Source: Candidatus Eiseniibacteriota bacterium
GTDB taxonomy: Bacteria > Eisenbacteria > RBG-16-71-46 > SZUA-252
DNA length: 64,000 bases
Assembly: GCA_963703225.1 (NCBI GenBank)
Contig: OY969801.1
Span: 1,728,001-1,792,000 of the forward strand
Reading direction: 5' to 3'
Shown: positions 12,476-22,318 of the stretch, in pieces
Layout: each line of letters opens with the position of its first letter
Numbering within the stretch: position 1 is the stretch's first letter
Notes under the pieces: generated by a model
The model's database searches: none
What the model was told of the DNA's origin: nothing
The model's input: the letters and a program-made list of their open reading frames with translations, nothing else
Program-made: the position numbers and the translations under genes

Positions 12476-14217
12476 TCGGCGAAGTGCCGCGGAAACCGGC
12501 GGCTCATGAACTCGGTTACCACGACCCGGACTTCGGCCGGGGTCGCGAGCCCGAGGCAGCGCTTGGCGAGCGCGACGCTCTCTTCATAGGTCGATGCTCT
12601 GATGATCGTCTTGATCTCCGGCACCAGGTAGGGGCTGACGCTGAATTCACCGAGGCCGAGGCCGATGAGCAGGATCGCGTAGAGCGGCTCGCCGGCCATC
12701 TCGCCGCAGATTCCGACCGGAATCTTGAATCGCTCGCCCGCCTCCACCACGGCCCGGATCGCGCGGATCACCGCGGGGTGGAGCGGCTCGTAGATCTCCG
12801 CGATCGCTTCGTTCCCCCGATCCACCGCGAGCGTGTACTGGATCAGATCATTGGTCCCGATGCTGACGAAGTCCGCCTCCCTCGCGAGCAGGTCGATGGC
12901 GAAGACCGACGCCGGCGTCTCCACCATCACGCCGAGGGGCACCCGCTCCGCTATCGCGATCCCCTCCCGCTGCAGGTCCTGGCGGACCCGATCCACCACG
13001 TCGCGGGCCCTGCAAAAATCCTCCAGCCCCACGACCATGGGGAACATGACCTGGACATTGCCGTGGACCGTCGCGCGCAGAATCGCGCGGAGTTGGGTGC
13101 GGAAGATGTCCTCGCGCTTGAGCGAAAAGCGAAGCCCACGCATACCGAGGAACGGGTTTCGCTCCACCGGCGTCCCCAGGTAGGAAGCGAATTTGTCGCC
13201 CCCCACGTCCAGCGTGCGGATGACGACCGGCCTCGGGTACATCGCCTCGACGATCGTCCGATAGGCGTTGTACTGCGCTTCCTCCGTCGGAAGCGTGGAC
13301 CGCGACAGGTAGAAGAATTCGGTGCGGTAAAGCCCGACGCCCTCCGCCCCGTGCTCCAGAAGGGAGGGAAGCTCTTCCGGCACCTCGAGGTTGGCGCCGA
13401 GATGAACCCGCCGTCCATCGAGCGTGACGCAGGGCTGGTCTTTGAGGGAGGCCAGGTTGGCGGAGAGCTCCTTGTAGCGCCGCTGCTTTCGGACGTGCTC
13501 TTCCAGAACCTCCGGGTCGGGATCGAAAATCGCGACGCCGCGCGTGCCGTCGACCAGCGCGATGGCTCCTTCGCGGGCGGCGCTCATCGCCTGCTTCAAC
13601 CCCACCACCGCCGGAATTCCGCGGGCCCGGGCCATGATCGCCGTGTGGGAGGTACGGCCGCCCAGATCGGTGGCAAAGCCGAGGATCTTATCCCGGGGCG
13701 CAAGCGCCATCTCGCTGGGAGGGATGTCGGCGGCCACGATCAGCGAGGGGACGCGGAGGTCGCTCAGAGAGTAGGAGCGGATTCCGCCCAGGTGCGCGAG
13801 CACCCGACGCCGAACGTCGCGGATGTCGAGGGCGCGGTCACGATAGTACTCGCCGTCCGCCGCATCGAGCCGCGCGGCGACCGCGCCGAGGATCTTGCGA
13901 TAGCACCACGCCGCCGTCCGGCGCTCCCGCTCGATCGCCCCAATCGCCTGCTCCAGCGCATCGGGGTCCTCCAGAATGTCGATTTGGGTGTCGAGGATCC
14001 GGGCGTGCTCCTCGCCGGTCTCGATCTCGATCTTCCGGCGGAGCGCGCGGACCTCGTCGATCGAAGCCACCAGGGCGTTCTTGAGGCGGCCCTGCTCGGC
14101 CCCGATCTCGGTCGGCGGAATCTGACCGTCCACAACCTCGATCTCTTCCGGATCGACGATGTGGACGGGCCCGACTCCGATCCCTGGAGACGCCGCGATG
14201 CCGGTGAGTACGGTCAT
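12472..14217 (-). CDS. ptsI: PTS enzyme I
   Basis: GIAASPG start, GGRTSHTAIMAR (phospho-His), GVGLYRTEF, RTLDVGGDK, SIGTNDLIQY, ICGEMAG; no N-terminal GAF domain. Confidence 0.95.
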   Translation of the reverse strand: MTVLTGIAASPGIGVGPVHIVDPEEIEVVDGQIPPTEIGAEQGRLKNALVASIDEVRALRRKIEIETGEEHARILDTQIDILEDPDALEQAIGAIERERRTAAWCYRKILGAVAARLDAADGEYYRDRALDIRDVRRRVLAHLGGIRSYSLSDLRVPSLIVAADIPPSEMALAPRDKILGFATDLGGRTSHTAIMARARGIPAVVGLKQAMSAAREGAIALVDGTRGVAIFDPDPEVLEEHVRKQRRYKELSANLASLKDQPCVTLDGRRVHLGANLEVPEELPSLLEHGAEGVGLYRTEFFYLSRSTLPTEEAQYNAYRTIVEAMYPRPVVIRTLDVGGDKFASYLGTPVERNPFLGMRGLRFSLKREDIFRTQLRAILRATVHGNVQVMFPMVVGLEDFCRARDVVDRVRQDLQREGIAIAERVPLGVMVETPASVFAIDLLAREADFVSIGTNDLIQYTLAVDRGNEAIAEIYEPLHPAVIRAIRAVVEAGERFKIPVGICGEMAGEPLYAILLIGLGLGEFSVSPYLVPEIKTIIRASTYEESVALAKRCLGLATPAEVRVVVTEFMSRRFPRHFAE

Positions 14218-14480
14218 TCTTCCCCGAACTTGTCGTCGATGACTTTGACGAGCGCCTCCATCGCCTCCCGCTCGTCCGCGCCCTCCACCTTGAGCGTGAG
14301 CTCGGCGCCGCGCTCGGCCGCGAGCATCATCACCCCGAGGATGCTCTTGCCGTTCACCTCCAGACCATCCCGCGCCAGGAACACGTGCGAGGCGAATTTC
14401 GCCGCCTCCTTCACGAACACCGAGCACGCGCGGGCGTGGAGACCCAGGCGATTCTGAATGACGACCGAACGCTCGATCAT
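14214..14480 (-). CDS. ptsH: Phosphocarrier protein HPr
   Basis: NRLGLHARA (His15 site), VNGKSILGVMMLA (Ser46 site); ATG 14480. Confidence 0.94.
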   Translation of the reverse strand: MIERSVVIQNRLGLHARACSVFVKEAAKFASHVFLARDGLEVNGKSILGVMMLAAERGAELTLKVEGADEREAMEALVKVIDDKFGEE

Positions 14481-14491
14481 TCCCCCCGCCC

Positions 14492-15307
14492 CTAAAGGAC
14501 CAAGGCGAGCAGGGCGGCCGTCGCGAATACCGCCGACCCGACCTCCACCCCGCGTCCCGGCCACCGTTTCAGCCCCGCGAACGCGACCCATCCCCCGAGT
14601 AATAGCGGAGCGAGCGACCCCGCCCGGGCGCGGCCGTCGTGTCCCCAGGCGCTCGACCCCAGATTCAGCGAGAGCCACGCCGCGGCGAGAAGCACGCCGT
14701 ACCCGAACGCGCCCGCCCGTGAGATCGCGGCGTTCCATTCCGCGAGGTGGAGCGAGCGCAGGATCTCGTTCAGCCGGTCGGCGAGCGCGTAGCCTCGCGT
14801 CACACCGAAGACGCGAAACGGCCAAGCGACGGCATTGTACGTCAAAAGAGTGAGCAGAGGGCAGAGCAGCACGCGGAGATCGGGGCCCACGCTGGCGGCG
14901 CCCGGCACGAAGGCGATTCCGAGAATCCCGACGAGGCCCGCGAAGGGGCGGAGCGTGATCCAGAACAGCGGATCGCCCATCGCCGCGAGCGGGCTCGCCA
15001 TCGATCGCTTGACCGAGTCGATCTCCTCATCGCCGATCGCCTCTCCGTTCGCGCGTCGCTCTTCGAGGCGCGCCGCGACGCCCAGGACGTAGCCCGAAAG
15101 GATAGGATGCGTGGCGAAATAGGAAAGGTGGCGGCGGAGAGCGCGGCCAAGCTCTTCCCTGGCCGGGTAGATTCTTCGAAGCACCGGGAGAAGCGCGAAT
15201 CCAAAGCCGATCCCCTGCATTCGCTCCGGGGTCAAGAGCGCCTGGATCTCGAGCGACCGTGAGCCCGTCGCGGCCAGGTCCAGCCGACGCACCCGCGACC
15301 CGCTCAC
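14492..15307 (-). CDS. Mannose/fructose/sorbose-class PTS EIID, divergent
   Basis: ERMQGIGF, RHLSYFATHP, PLAAMGDPLFW; GTG 15307 overlaps EIIC stop. Confidence 0.85.
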   Translation of the reverse strand: MSGSRVRRLDLAATGSRSLEIQALLTPERMQGIGFGFALLPVLRRIYPAREELGRALRRHLSYFATHPILSGYVLGVAARLEERRANGEAIGDEEIDSVKRSMASPLAAMGDPLFWITLRPFAGLVGILGIAFVPGAASVGPDLRVLLCPLLTLLTYNAVAWPFRVFGVTRGYALADRLNEILRSLHLAEWNAAISRAGAFGYGVLLAAAWLSLNLGSSAWGHDGRARAGSLAPLLLGGWVAFAGLKRWPGRGVEVGSAVFATAALLALVL

Positions 15308-16059
15308 ACCGCACCTCGGTGGAGCACCGCGGAGAGGACCAGGGCGACCACCACACCGAGCGCCACCCAGCGAAGGGCGCCCCTGCGGCCCCGGACATGC
15401 GCATGATACGCGGCGGCCAATCCCGCTCCGACGAGGGCCGCGAAGACAAAGCCGACCCGGCGGCCCGTCGCCGCGGCGCTCAGCCGCGGCAGCATCACGA
15501 GGAGCGCGGCCAGTCCGAGTACCGACGCGCCCCAGGCCCAAAGGGCACCGAGCGTGAAGGCCCGGAGAAGGCCTCCCCAGTAGAGCCACTCGAAGGCCCC
15601 CACCGCCCCGGACTCCGCGAGGCGATCGGCGCGAGCCACGTCGGCACGGCTCTGGGCGCGATGGATCCTGCCGACCCAACCGCCGGCGATCGCCGAGACG
15701 AGACCCATGCCGACGCCCACAAGCACCCAGAAGATGCCTGACGCCGCGATGGCCAGATCGCGGTCCAGCTGGCCCATCCCGAACAACGACACCGCGGTCC
15801 CCACGACGCCGGCGGTCGCGGTGTCATGCTGCCGCTGCGCCGCGGGCAGTGAGGCGTCGGTCAACAGAAGCTGCAAGAGAGCGCCGATGCCGAGCGGAAC
15901 GCGCAGCGCCCAGATCTCCACGTCGGAGCCGGGAGCCAGGAGGATTCCCGCGAGGCAGGCGCCGACCAGGGGTTGGCTGAGCATCAGGCCCCATCCGGCG
16001 TTTCGGTCGAGGGTGAGCGTCCCGCCCAGAAACGCGATGCTCAGCATTTCAGGCAGCAC
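15304..16059 (-). CDS. Mannose-class PTS EIIC, divergent
   Basis: Hydrophobic protein, LD....G.MLSQPLV motif, position between EIIB and EIID. Confidence 0.75.
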   Translation of the reverse strand: MLPEMLSIAFLGGTLTLDRNAGWGLMLSQPLVGACLAGILLAPGSDVEIWALRVPLGIGALLQLLLTDASLPAAQRQHDTATAGVVGTAVSLFGMGQLDRDLAIAASGIFWVLVGVGMGLVSAIAGGWVGRIHRAQSRADVARADRLAESGAVGAFEWLYWGGLLRAFTLGALWAWGASVLGLAALLVMLPRLSAAATGRRVGFVFAALVGAGLAAAYHAHVRGRRGALRWVALGVVVALVLSAVLHRGAV

Positions 16060-16092
16060 GATCGCCCTCCCTGGCCGCCGCGGGTGCCGCGC

Positions 16093-16578
16093 TCAGGCCG
16101 CGCCGCCGATCCACGGCTCGACGGAGTGTCGCGCATTCGAAGGCAGATCCTGGGCGTAGACGGTTACGCCGCGCTGGCGGAGCGCGCGGAGGCGATCCCG
16201 ATCGGCCGCGTCCAGGAACACGTACGGCAGCACCTCGCTCCGCCCCGGAGCGTGATGTAGCCCGCCCAAGTTCACCTCGTTCAGGGCGAATCCTCCCTCG
16301 TGGAGGAGAAGAGCCTCGTCGATGCCGGGGAATAGCAGCACCGTGCGCTCCGCCGCCACCTCGGTGCTGAAATTGGGATCGAGCGCCTCCGCGACGGAAA
16401 GGACGCGTCCCCGAGCTCCCTCGGGGACCGCGAATAGGAACAGCTCGGCCCGCTCCGGATGAGCGCGGAGCGCGTCGGAGACGATGGCGATGAGCGTGGG
16501 GCGCAGCGGAACCCCCCACCCGTGGACCACCTGTCCGTGGATCAGTCGGTCATCAATGCGGGCGAGGAGAAGGGGCAC
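16093..16578 (-). CDS. Mannose-class PTS EIIB
   Basis: RIDDRLIHGQVVHGW, VNLGG, QDLP. Confidence 0.93.
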   Translation of the reverse strand: MPLLLARIDDRLIHGQVVHGWGVPLRPTLIAIVSDALRAHPERAELFLFAVPEGARGRVLSVAEALDPNFSTEVAAERTVLLFPGIDEALLLHEGGFALNEVNLGGLHHAPGRSEVLPYVFLDAADRDRLRALRQRGVTVYAQDLPSNARHSVEPWIGGAA

Positions 16579-16579
16579 C

Positions 16580-16972
16580 TTACAGGATCAGGATCCCCGC
16601 CTTCCCTTTCGCCTCCATGCGCGGCAGGAGCTCGTCCAGGGAGAGCGTGTCCCGGTAGTGGAAAAACTCGAGGAGCATCGGCAGGTTAACGCCTGTGATT
16701 CTGCGAATGAGCTTCCCTTCGCACCCGACCCGGCGGGAGGCGATGCCGCAGCTCCCCGCAGCCAGATCGGTGAAGAGCACGATGGGGGTATCCGGGGGAT
16801 GTTTGGCGACCTCGCGGTCGATCGCCTCCGCCAAAGCGTCGGCGGTCAGACCCGTGTTGCTCACGGTGGCGAAATCCCCCTGGGGCCCGAGGATGGCCGC
16901 GACCGTCCGGACCAGCTCATCGCCCAGGGTTCCGTGCGTCACCAGTAGCGCGACCGTGCGTGGCGGGCTCAT
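16580..16972 (-). CDS. Mannose-class PTS EIIA
   Basis: LLVTHG (phospho-His), FTDLAAGS, TGVNLPMLLE. Confidence 0.9.
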   Translation of the reverse strand: MSPPRTVALLVTHGTLGDELVRTVAAILGPQGDFATVSNTGLTADALAEAIDREVAKHPPDTPIVLFTDLAAGSCGIASRRVGCEGKLIRRITGVNLPMLLEFFHYRDTLSLDELLPRMEAKGKAGILIL

Positions 16973-16990
16973 ACGAAGGTCCGGACGCTC

Positions 16991-17974
16991 CTATTCCGTG
17001 TCGTCACGGACAAGCGGGTTCGAGAGAAGTTTCATGCGCATACTCTCCATCAAGCGGTCGTTCAAGGCTCGAGCGGGGTGATAGCCGTAGACCTTGACCA
17101 GGTGGTTCAGCGCGACAACCTCCGCGATCACCGTGATGTTCTTCCCTGGAAAGATCGGAATCGTGACCAGCGGAATCTGCACGTCGAGGTAGCGCTGCAT
17201 CTGGTCGTCCAGGCCCACGCGCTCGTAGTCTCGCGCGTCGCTCCACTCGGTTAGATGCACCTCGACCTCCACCCGTTTCTGGCCCCGAATGGACCGAATC
17301 CCGAAAATCGACTGGACGTCGATGATCCCCAGACCCCGCACCTCCATCGTATGCTTGAGGACTTCGTTGACGGCCCCAATCAGGATGTCGCCGTGGCGCC
17401 GCGTGATCCGAACGACGTCGTCCGCGACCAGGCGGTGCCCGCGCTCCACGAGATCGAGGGCTGTTTCACTCTTCCCGATCCCGCTCCGCCCGGTGAAGAG
17501 GAGCCCCACCCCGTAGACGTCGACGAGGGAGGCATGCACGGTGACCGAGGGGGCAAAGACGTAGTCCAGAAACGCGGTGAGCTGGTGGATGAACGGGGTC
17601 GTGTCCTGGGGAGTCCGAAGCACGGGGATTTCGTGCTGATTCGCCCTCGCCAGGAGGCCGTCGGGAATCTCGAGGCCCTTGGCGACGATGATGCAGGGAA
17701 CCTGGAAGTGGAAGAATCGGTCGAAGGCGGCCTTCCGCTCCCTCTCCCCGAGGGTGCTGATGTAGGCCATCTCGGTCCGGCCGAAGATCTGGATCCGATC
17801 GGCGAGAAAATTCTCCGTAAACCCCATCAGGGCCATGCCCGGCCGATTGATGTCGCTGACGGTGATCGGAACGCGGGCCTGCAAGCTCTTCGACAGGAGC
17901 TCGAGGGAGAGGCTCTCCCCCTGCTGCTCGTGGAGCTGGGCGACCGTGAGGGTGGGTGGGCTAGTCGAGTTCAA
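16991..17974 (-). CDS. hprK: HPr kinase/phosphorylase
   Basis: INRPG, HASLVDVYGVG, GRSGIGKSETALDL, LVADD, MEVRGLGII. Confidence 0.96.
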   Translation of the reverse strand: MNSTSPPTLTVAQLHEQQGESLSLELLSKSLQARVPITVSDINRPGMALMGFTENFLADRIQIFGRTEMAYISTLGERERKAAFDRFFHFQVPCIIVAKGLEIPDGLLARANQHEIPVLRTPQDTTPFIHQLTAFLDYVFAPSVTVHASLVDVYGVGLLFTGRSGIGKSETALDLVERGHRLVADDVVRITRRHGDILIGAVNEVLKHTMEVRGLGIIDVQSIFGIRSIRGQKRVEVEVHLTEWSDARDYERVGLDDQMQRYLDVQIPLVTIPIFPGKNITVIAEVVALNHLVKVYGYHPARALNDRLMESMRMKLLSNPLVRDDTE

Positions 17975-18497
17975 GGAGTCCCACCTGCCCCTTGCCCAGA
18001 CGGTAGGCGACCCGGATTCCGTCGGCTCCTCGCTCGGAAAATACGAGCACCGGCTTTCTCCCCTTCAAGAGCGCGTGCGCGGCCTCGTCGACGCTCATCA
18101 CCGGGCAGCGCGGCCGCTCCCGCACGACCGACACGGCCGGCGTGTTGGTCTTGGGCAATGATGGCGTCTCGGCCGCGGACGGCTCCAGGCGAAGCCCCGG
18201 GCCCCGCTTCTTACGGTCCTGCAGCTTGTCCTTCCGGCGAAGGAGCGCGCGTTCCTGCTTCTCCAGCACCGCGTCGAGCGCGGTGCGAGCATCGGGATCG
18301 ACGGCTTTCGAGAGAAGGTCGACGGAATTCCCGTGCAGGCGAAGCTCGGCCTCGTGGCGATACCCGTCCCGGGTCACGACGAGGTCCGCCCGGATCAGCC
18401 GGGGGTAGTACCGTGTGAGCTTCTCGATGCGGTCGACCGCGTACTCCTTGAAGTCCGCCGTCAGCTTCCAGTGCCGCCCCTTGATTGTGATCTCCAT
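17961..18497 (-). CDS. hpf: Long-form ribosome hibernation promoting factor
   Basis: MEITIKGRH start, HPF domain plus C-terminal MSVDEA...VAYR...GLLE; directly after rpoN. Confidence 0.88.
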   Translation of the reverse strand: MEITIKGRHWKLTADFKEYAVDRIEKLTRYYPRLIRADLVVTRDGYRHEAELRLHGNSVDLLSKAVDPDARTALDAVLEKQERALLRRKDKLQDRKKRGPGLRLEPSAAETPSLPKTNTPAVSVVRERPRCPVMSVDEAAHALLKGRKPVLVFSERGADGIRVAYRLGKGQVGLLELD

Positions 18498-18532
18498 TCC
18501 TATCCTCTCCCCCGGACCGGGGCTACCTTCGA

Positions 18533-19963
18533 TCAAGCATATCGCCGTCGGGCGCGCGCCGGCAGAAGCCGGAGCGCTTCCCGGTATTTCGCCACGGTAC
18601 GCCGCGCGATCCTCAGTCCCTGCTCGTGCAGGATCTCCGCCACGCGCTGATCGCTGAGCGGCTCTCGTTTGTCCTCGTTGTTGATCAGGTTGAGGATCTT
18701 CTCCTTGGCGACCTTGGCGGAAACGTCGTCCCCCTCATCAGTCGCCAGGCCGCTGGAGAAGAAGTACTTGAGCTCAAAAACGCCTCGTGGAGTCTGGACG
18801 TACTTGTTCGTCGTGACTCGGCTCACCGTCGACTCGTGCATCCCGATCTGGTTGGCGATCTGCTGCAACGTGAGCGGGCGGAGTCCCTCGACGCCCTTCT
18901 CGAAGAAGTCTCGCTGCTCCTCCACGATGCGTCGCATCACCTTGATCATCGTCTTTCGCCGCTGCTCGATGGTCTGGATCAGCCATTTGGCCGAGTTCAG
19001 CTTGTCGACGATGAACTTGCGCGTCTCGTTTTGTCCCGCCGACTTGTCGCGCAGCATCTGCTGGTACGCCGAGCTAATCCTGAGCCGCGGCACGTTTCGA
19101 TCGTTGAGCGACACGACGAAATCTTCGCCGACACGATCCACGATCAGGTCGGGCGTGACGTATTTGGTCTCCTCGGCCGCGATCTCCTGGCCCGGCCGCG
19201 GGTCGAGCGTGGCGATGAGATCGCCCGCCGACTGGACATCCTCGACGGAGCACTTCAAATGCCGAGCGATCTCCCCGAAACGCTTGGAGAGAAGATTGTC
19301 GAACTGCTCTTGGACGATGCGCCCGGCGAGCGTGTCCTCCTGCTTTCGCTGGGCCAGCTGGATCCAGAGGCACTCTTGGAGATTCCTCGCGCCAACGCCC
19401 GCGGGCTCGAGCTTCTGGATGGAAGCCAGGATGTCCTCGACCCTCTCGGGCGCGGCGCCGAACGTCTCGGCCACTTCCTCGACGGTGGTTTGGAGGTAGC
19501 CGTTTTCGTCGATCGAGCCGATCAGGTACTCGCCAATCGCGAGGTCCTCGTCGTTCAGCGATTGCATCCGGAGCTGCTCGAGGAGGTGATCGCCGAGGCT
19601 CTGGCGCGTGACGGGCACGCGCTCGTAAAATTCCGCGTCGGGATCGTCGGTGCGGGGAGCGGAGGGACCCTCGAAGGCGTCGGGCCAGAGCTCGTTCCAG
19701 TCCACTTCCTGGTTCTTCTCGGCCTCCGACGCCTCGGCCGGCTCCGCTTCCTCCTGGCCCGTCTCCTTCTTGACCTCTTCGATCTCCTCGACTTCCTCTA
19801 CCTCGTCGACTTCCTCGAGGAGCGGGTTGCGCTCCAGCTCGAGCTTGAGCGCCTGCTGCAGCTCGAGCGTGGGCATCTGCAAGAGCTTGAGGGCCTGCTG
19901 CAGACGCTGGGTCATGATCAGCGTCGGCTTTTGCTGCATGCTCAGGCCGTGTTTCATTTCCAT
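18533..19963 (-). CDS. rpoN: RNA polymerase sigma-54 factor
   Basis: Q-rich region I, HESTVSRVT, RpoN box ARRTVAKYRE. Confidence 0.97.
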   Translation of the reverse strand: MEMKHGLSMQQKPTLIMTQRLQQALKLLQMPTLELQQALKLELERNPLLEEVDEVEEVEEIEEVKKETGQEEAEPAEASEAEKNQEVDWNELWPDAFEGPSAPRTDDPDAEFYERVPVTRQSLGDHLLEQLRMQSLNDEDLAIGEYLIGSIDENGYLQTTVEEVAETFGAAPERVEDILASIQKLEPAGVGARNLQECLWIQLAQRKQEDTLAGRIVQEQFDNLLSKRFGEIARHLKCSVEDVQSAGDLIATLDPRPGQEIAAEETKYVTPDLIVDRVGEDFVVSLNDRNVPRLRISSAYQQMLRDKSAGQNETRKFIVDKLNSAKWLIQTIEQRRKTMIKVMRRIVEEQRDFFEKGVEGLRPLTLQQIANQIGMHESTVSRVTTNKYVQTPRGVFELKYFFSSGLATDEGDDVSAKVAKEKILNLINNEDKREPLSDQRVAEILHEQGLRIARRTVAKYREALRLLPARARRRYA

Positions 19964-19975
19964 GATTCGAGCCCC

Positions 19976-20701
19976 TTAATCCAGACGGAAGCGCTCGCCG
20001 AGATAGATCTGGCGGGCGACGGGATCGAGTGCGAGCTCCTGGCTGGTGCCCTGGAGCAGGATCTTGCCCTCGAACATGATGTACGCGCGGTCGGTGGTGC
20101 TCAGGGTCTCCCGCACGTTGTGGTCGGTGATCAAGATGCCCAGCCCCTTGTCCCGCAATCGAGACACGATGTCCTGAATTTCCGCCACCGCGATCGGATC
20201 GATGCCGACGAACGGCTCATCCAGCAGCAGGTAGCCCGGCTGGGTCACGAGCGCCCGAGTGATCTCGACCCGCCGCCGCTCTCCGCCCGAGAGGTTGTAC
20301 CCCTTCCGGTCGGCGAGATGAGCGATGTTCAGCTCCTCGAGCAGCCCCTCGAGCCGCTCGGCCCGTTCCTTCGAGCTCAGATGGAGCGTCTCGAGAATCG
20401 CGAGGATGTTCTCCCGCACCGTGAGCCGCCGAAAGATCGACGGCTCCTGCTGCAGGTATCCGATCCCGATCCGCGCCCGCGCGTGCATCGGGACGCGGGT
20501 GACATCCTTTCCGTCGACGACGATCCGCCCCCGGTCGGCCCGCAGCAGGCCGACGATCAGGTAGAACGTCGTGGTCTTGCCCGCCCCGTTGGGTCCGAGG
20601 AGCCCTACCACCTCGCCCCGCTGAACCTCGATGGAGACCTTGTCGACCACTTTCCAGTTTCCATAGTAGCGCTCGAGATCCCGAGCCTCGAGGCCCGTCA
20701 T
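19976..20701 (-). CDS. lptB: LPS export ABC transporter ATPase
   Basis: GPNGAGKTT, LSGGERRRVEI, LLDEPF.GIDP, ITDHNVRETL, YLGERF. Confidence 0.95.
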   Translation of the reverse strand: MTGLEARDLERYYGNWKVVDKVSIEVQRGEVVGLLGPNGAGKTTTFYLIVGLLRADRGRIVVDGKDVTRVPMHARARIGIGYLQQEPSIFRRLTVRENILAILETLHLSSKERAERLEGLLEELNIAHLADRKGYNLSGGERRRVEITRALVTQPGYLLLDEPFVGIDPIAVAEIQDIVSRLRDKGLGILITDHNVRETLSTTDRAYIMFEGKILLQGTSQELALDPVARQIYLGERFRLD

Positions 20702-21285
20702 CGACCCGGCCCGCTCCCCACGGTGTCGGCGCCTTCCAACTCCCGGACTTCCGCGTGGACGTCGCGCGACAGATGGAAGTGATCCAGGTTGGGATCGCTC
20801 TCGAATCCGAGGCCGGTCACCACGTCATCCTTCCGGGTCACCTTCACGAACGCGTCGGAGACGATCTTGCCGCTCGTATTGATCCATCGGAGCGAATCGG
20901 TCTCCAGCGTGACCCCCTTGGTCGTGACGACCTTCACCCGCCCGCGCGCCTCCAGGTCGTTGGTTCTCTGGTGGACCAGGCCCTCATCGGCGACGAGAGT
21001 CGAATAGACTTCGCCCTTGTCGTTGAAGAAGTCGATCCTCACCGTCTGCGCATCAACCAGATTCCGGTCGTTGTACATCGCCGCGTAGCTGGCCCGAAGC
21101 GTCCAGCTCTTCTTCCCTTCCGAGCTCTCCGTAAGCGTGAAATCGCGCGCCTCCTGATCGGGGAGGCGAATCTCCGCGCCGCTGGGCGTGGAAGACGGCT
21201 TCCCCTGACATCCCACGAGGCCAAACGCCAAGAGCGTCGACACTATAACGGGTCCTCGGACCCGGACCTTACGCTGGATCCGCAT
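20698..21285 (-). CDS. lptC: LptC-family LPS export protein
   Basis: Single N-terminal hydrophobic segment, beta-jellyroll-like body (LETDSLRW, G.GFESD), between kdsD and lptB. Confidence 0.85.
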   Translation of the reverse strand: MRIQRKVRVRGPVIVSTLLAFGLVGCQGKPSSTPSGAEIRLPDQEARDFTLTESSEGKKSWTLRASYAAMYNDRNLVDAQTVRIDFFNDKGEVYSTLVADEGLVHQRTNDLEARGRVKVVTTKGVTLETDSLRWINTSGKIVSDAFVKVTRKDDVVTGLGFESDPNLDHFHLSRDVHAEVRELEGADTVGSGPGR

Positions 21286-21289
21286 GGTG

Positions 21290-22318
21290 CTAGCGGTTCC
21301 GTATGCCCAGGCAATCGTGGAGGTGAAGGACCCCGACCGGCCCTCCCCGCCCGTCGAGAACGACCAGCGAGGTGATCGCGCCGCCCTCGTTCTCCTCCAT
21401 TTGCCTCACCGCCTGCGCGATGAGCGCGTCGGCCCCGATGGTGCGTGGCGAGCGCGTCATGACCTTCGATACCGTCTGGTCCAGGTCGGCGTCGCCCCGG
21501 AGGAGGATCCGTTTCAGATCACCATCCGTGAGGATGCCCTGGAGTGAGCCGGCGCGATCGACGACCGTCGTCACCCCCAGCCGCTTGTTCAGGATCTCGA
21601 GCAGCGCGTCGCGGAGCGTTGCCTCCGTGCCCACCCGCGGCAGGCTGTCTCCCCCGTGCATCCGGTCCGAGACGCGGAGCAACGCCGCCTGGCCCACGAC
21701 CCCACCGGGATGGAGGACCACAAAGTCTTCCCGCGTGAATCCCTTCAGGCGCATCAGCACGATCGCGACGGCGTCGCCGAGGGCGAGCGCCGCCGTGGTG
21801 CTCGAGGTCGGAACCAGGTCCTCAGGGCCCGCTTCCCGCGGGCGGCCGAGATCGAGCACGTGATGCGAAGCACGACCGAGCGATGAGTCGGGGTTGCAGG
21901 TCATGGTGACGATCAAGACCCCCCGCCTCTCGAACGCCGGCAGGAGTTGGAGGAGCTCCGCGGTCTCGCCGCTCTTGGAGAGGATGATGGCGGCGTCCTC
22001 TTGGGAGACAATCCCAAGATCGCCGTGCACCGCGTCCACCGGGTGGACGAATGTCGCCGGTGTCCCTGTGCTCGTGAGGGTGGCCGCGATCTTCTTGGCC
22101 ACCAGGCCGGACTTGCCGACTCCCGAGGTCAGAATCTGCCCCCTCACCCTCGAAAGTGCAAGAACGGTATCCTCGAAATCCTTGCCGATCAATACTTTGA
22201 GACCGCGTACCGCATCCTCCTCCAGGCTGAGCGCCTCCAGGCCCCATGCGACGATCTGGGACTCTGTGGTCGTCCCTCCCTCGGAGCGGATGGTCTCCCG
22301 CGAAAAGCTCTTCTTCAC
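21290..22318 (-). CDS. kdsD: Arabinose-5-phosphate isomerase (KpsF/GutQ family)
   Basis: GVGKSG, HGDLG, SKSGET, PTSST, HPGG, CBS pair (TDGDL, HLHD); GTG 22318 overlaps kdsA stop. Confidence 0.93.
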   Translation of the reverse strand: MKKSFSRETIRSEGGTTTESQIVAWGLEALSLEEDAVRGLKVLIGKDFEDTVLALSRVRGQILTSGVGKSGLVAKKIAATLTSTGTPATFVHPVDAVHGDLGIVSQEDAAIILSKSGETAELLQLLPAFERRGVLIVTMTCNPDSSLGRASHHVLDLGRPREAGPEDLVPTSSTTAALALGDAVAIVLMRLKGFTREDFVVLHPGGVVGQAALLRVSDRMHGGDSLPRVGTEATLRDALLEILNKRLGVTTVVDRAGSLQGILTDGDLKRILLRGDADLDQTVSKVMTRSPRTIGADALIAQAVRQMEENEGGAITSLVVLDGRGGPVGVLHLHDCLGIRNR

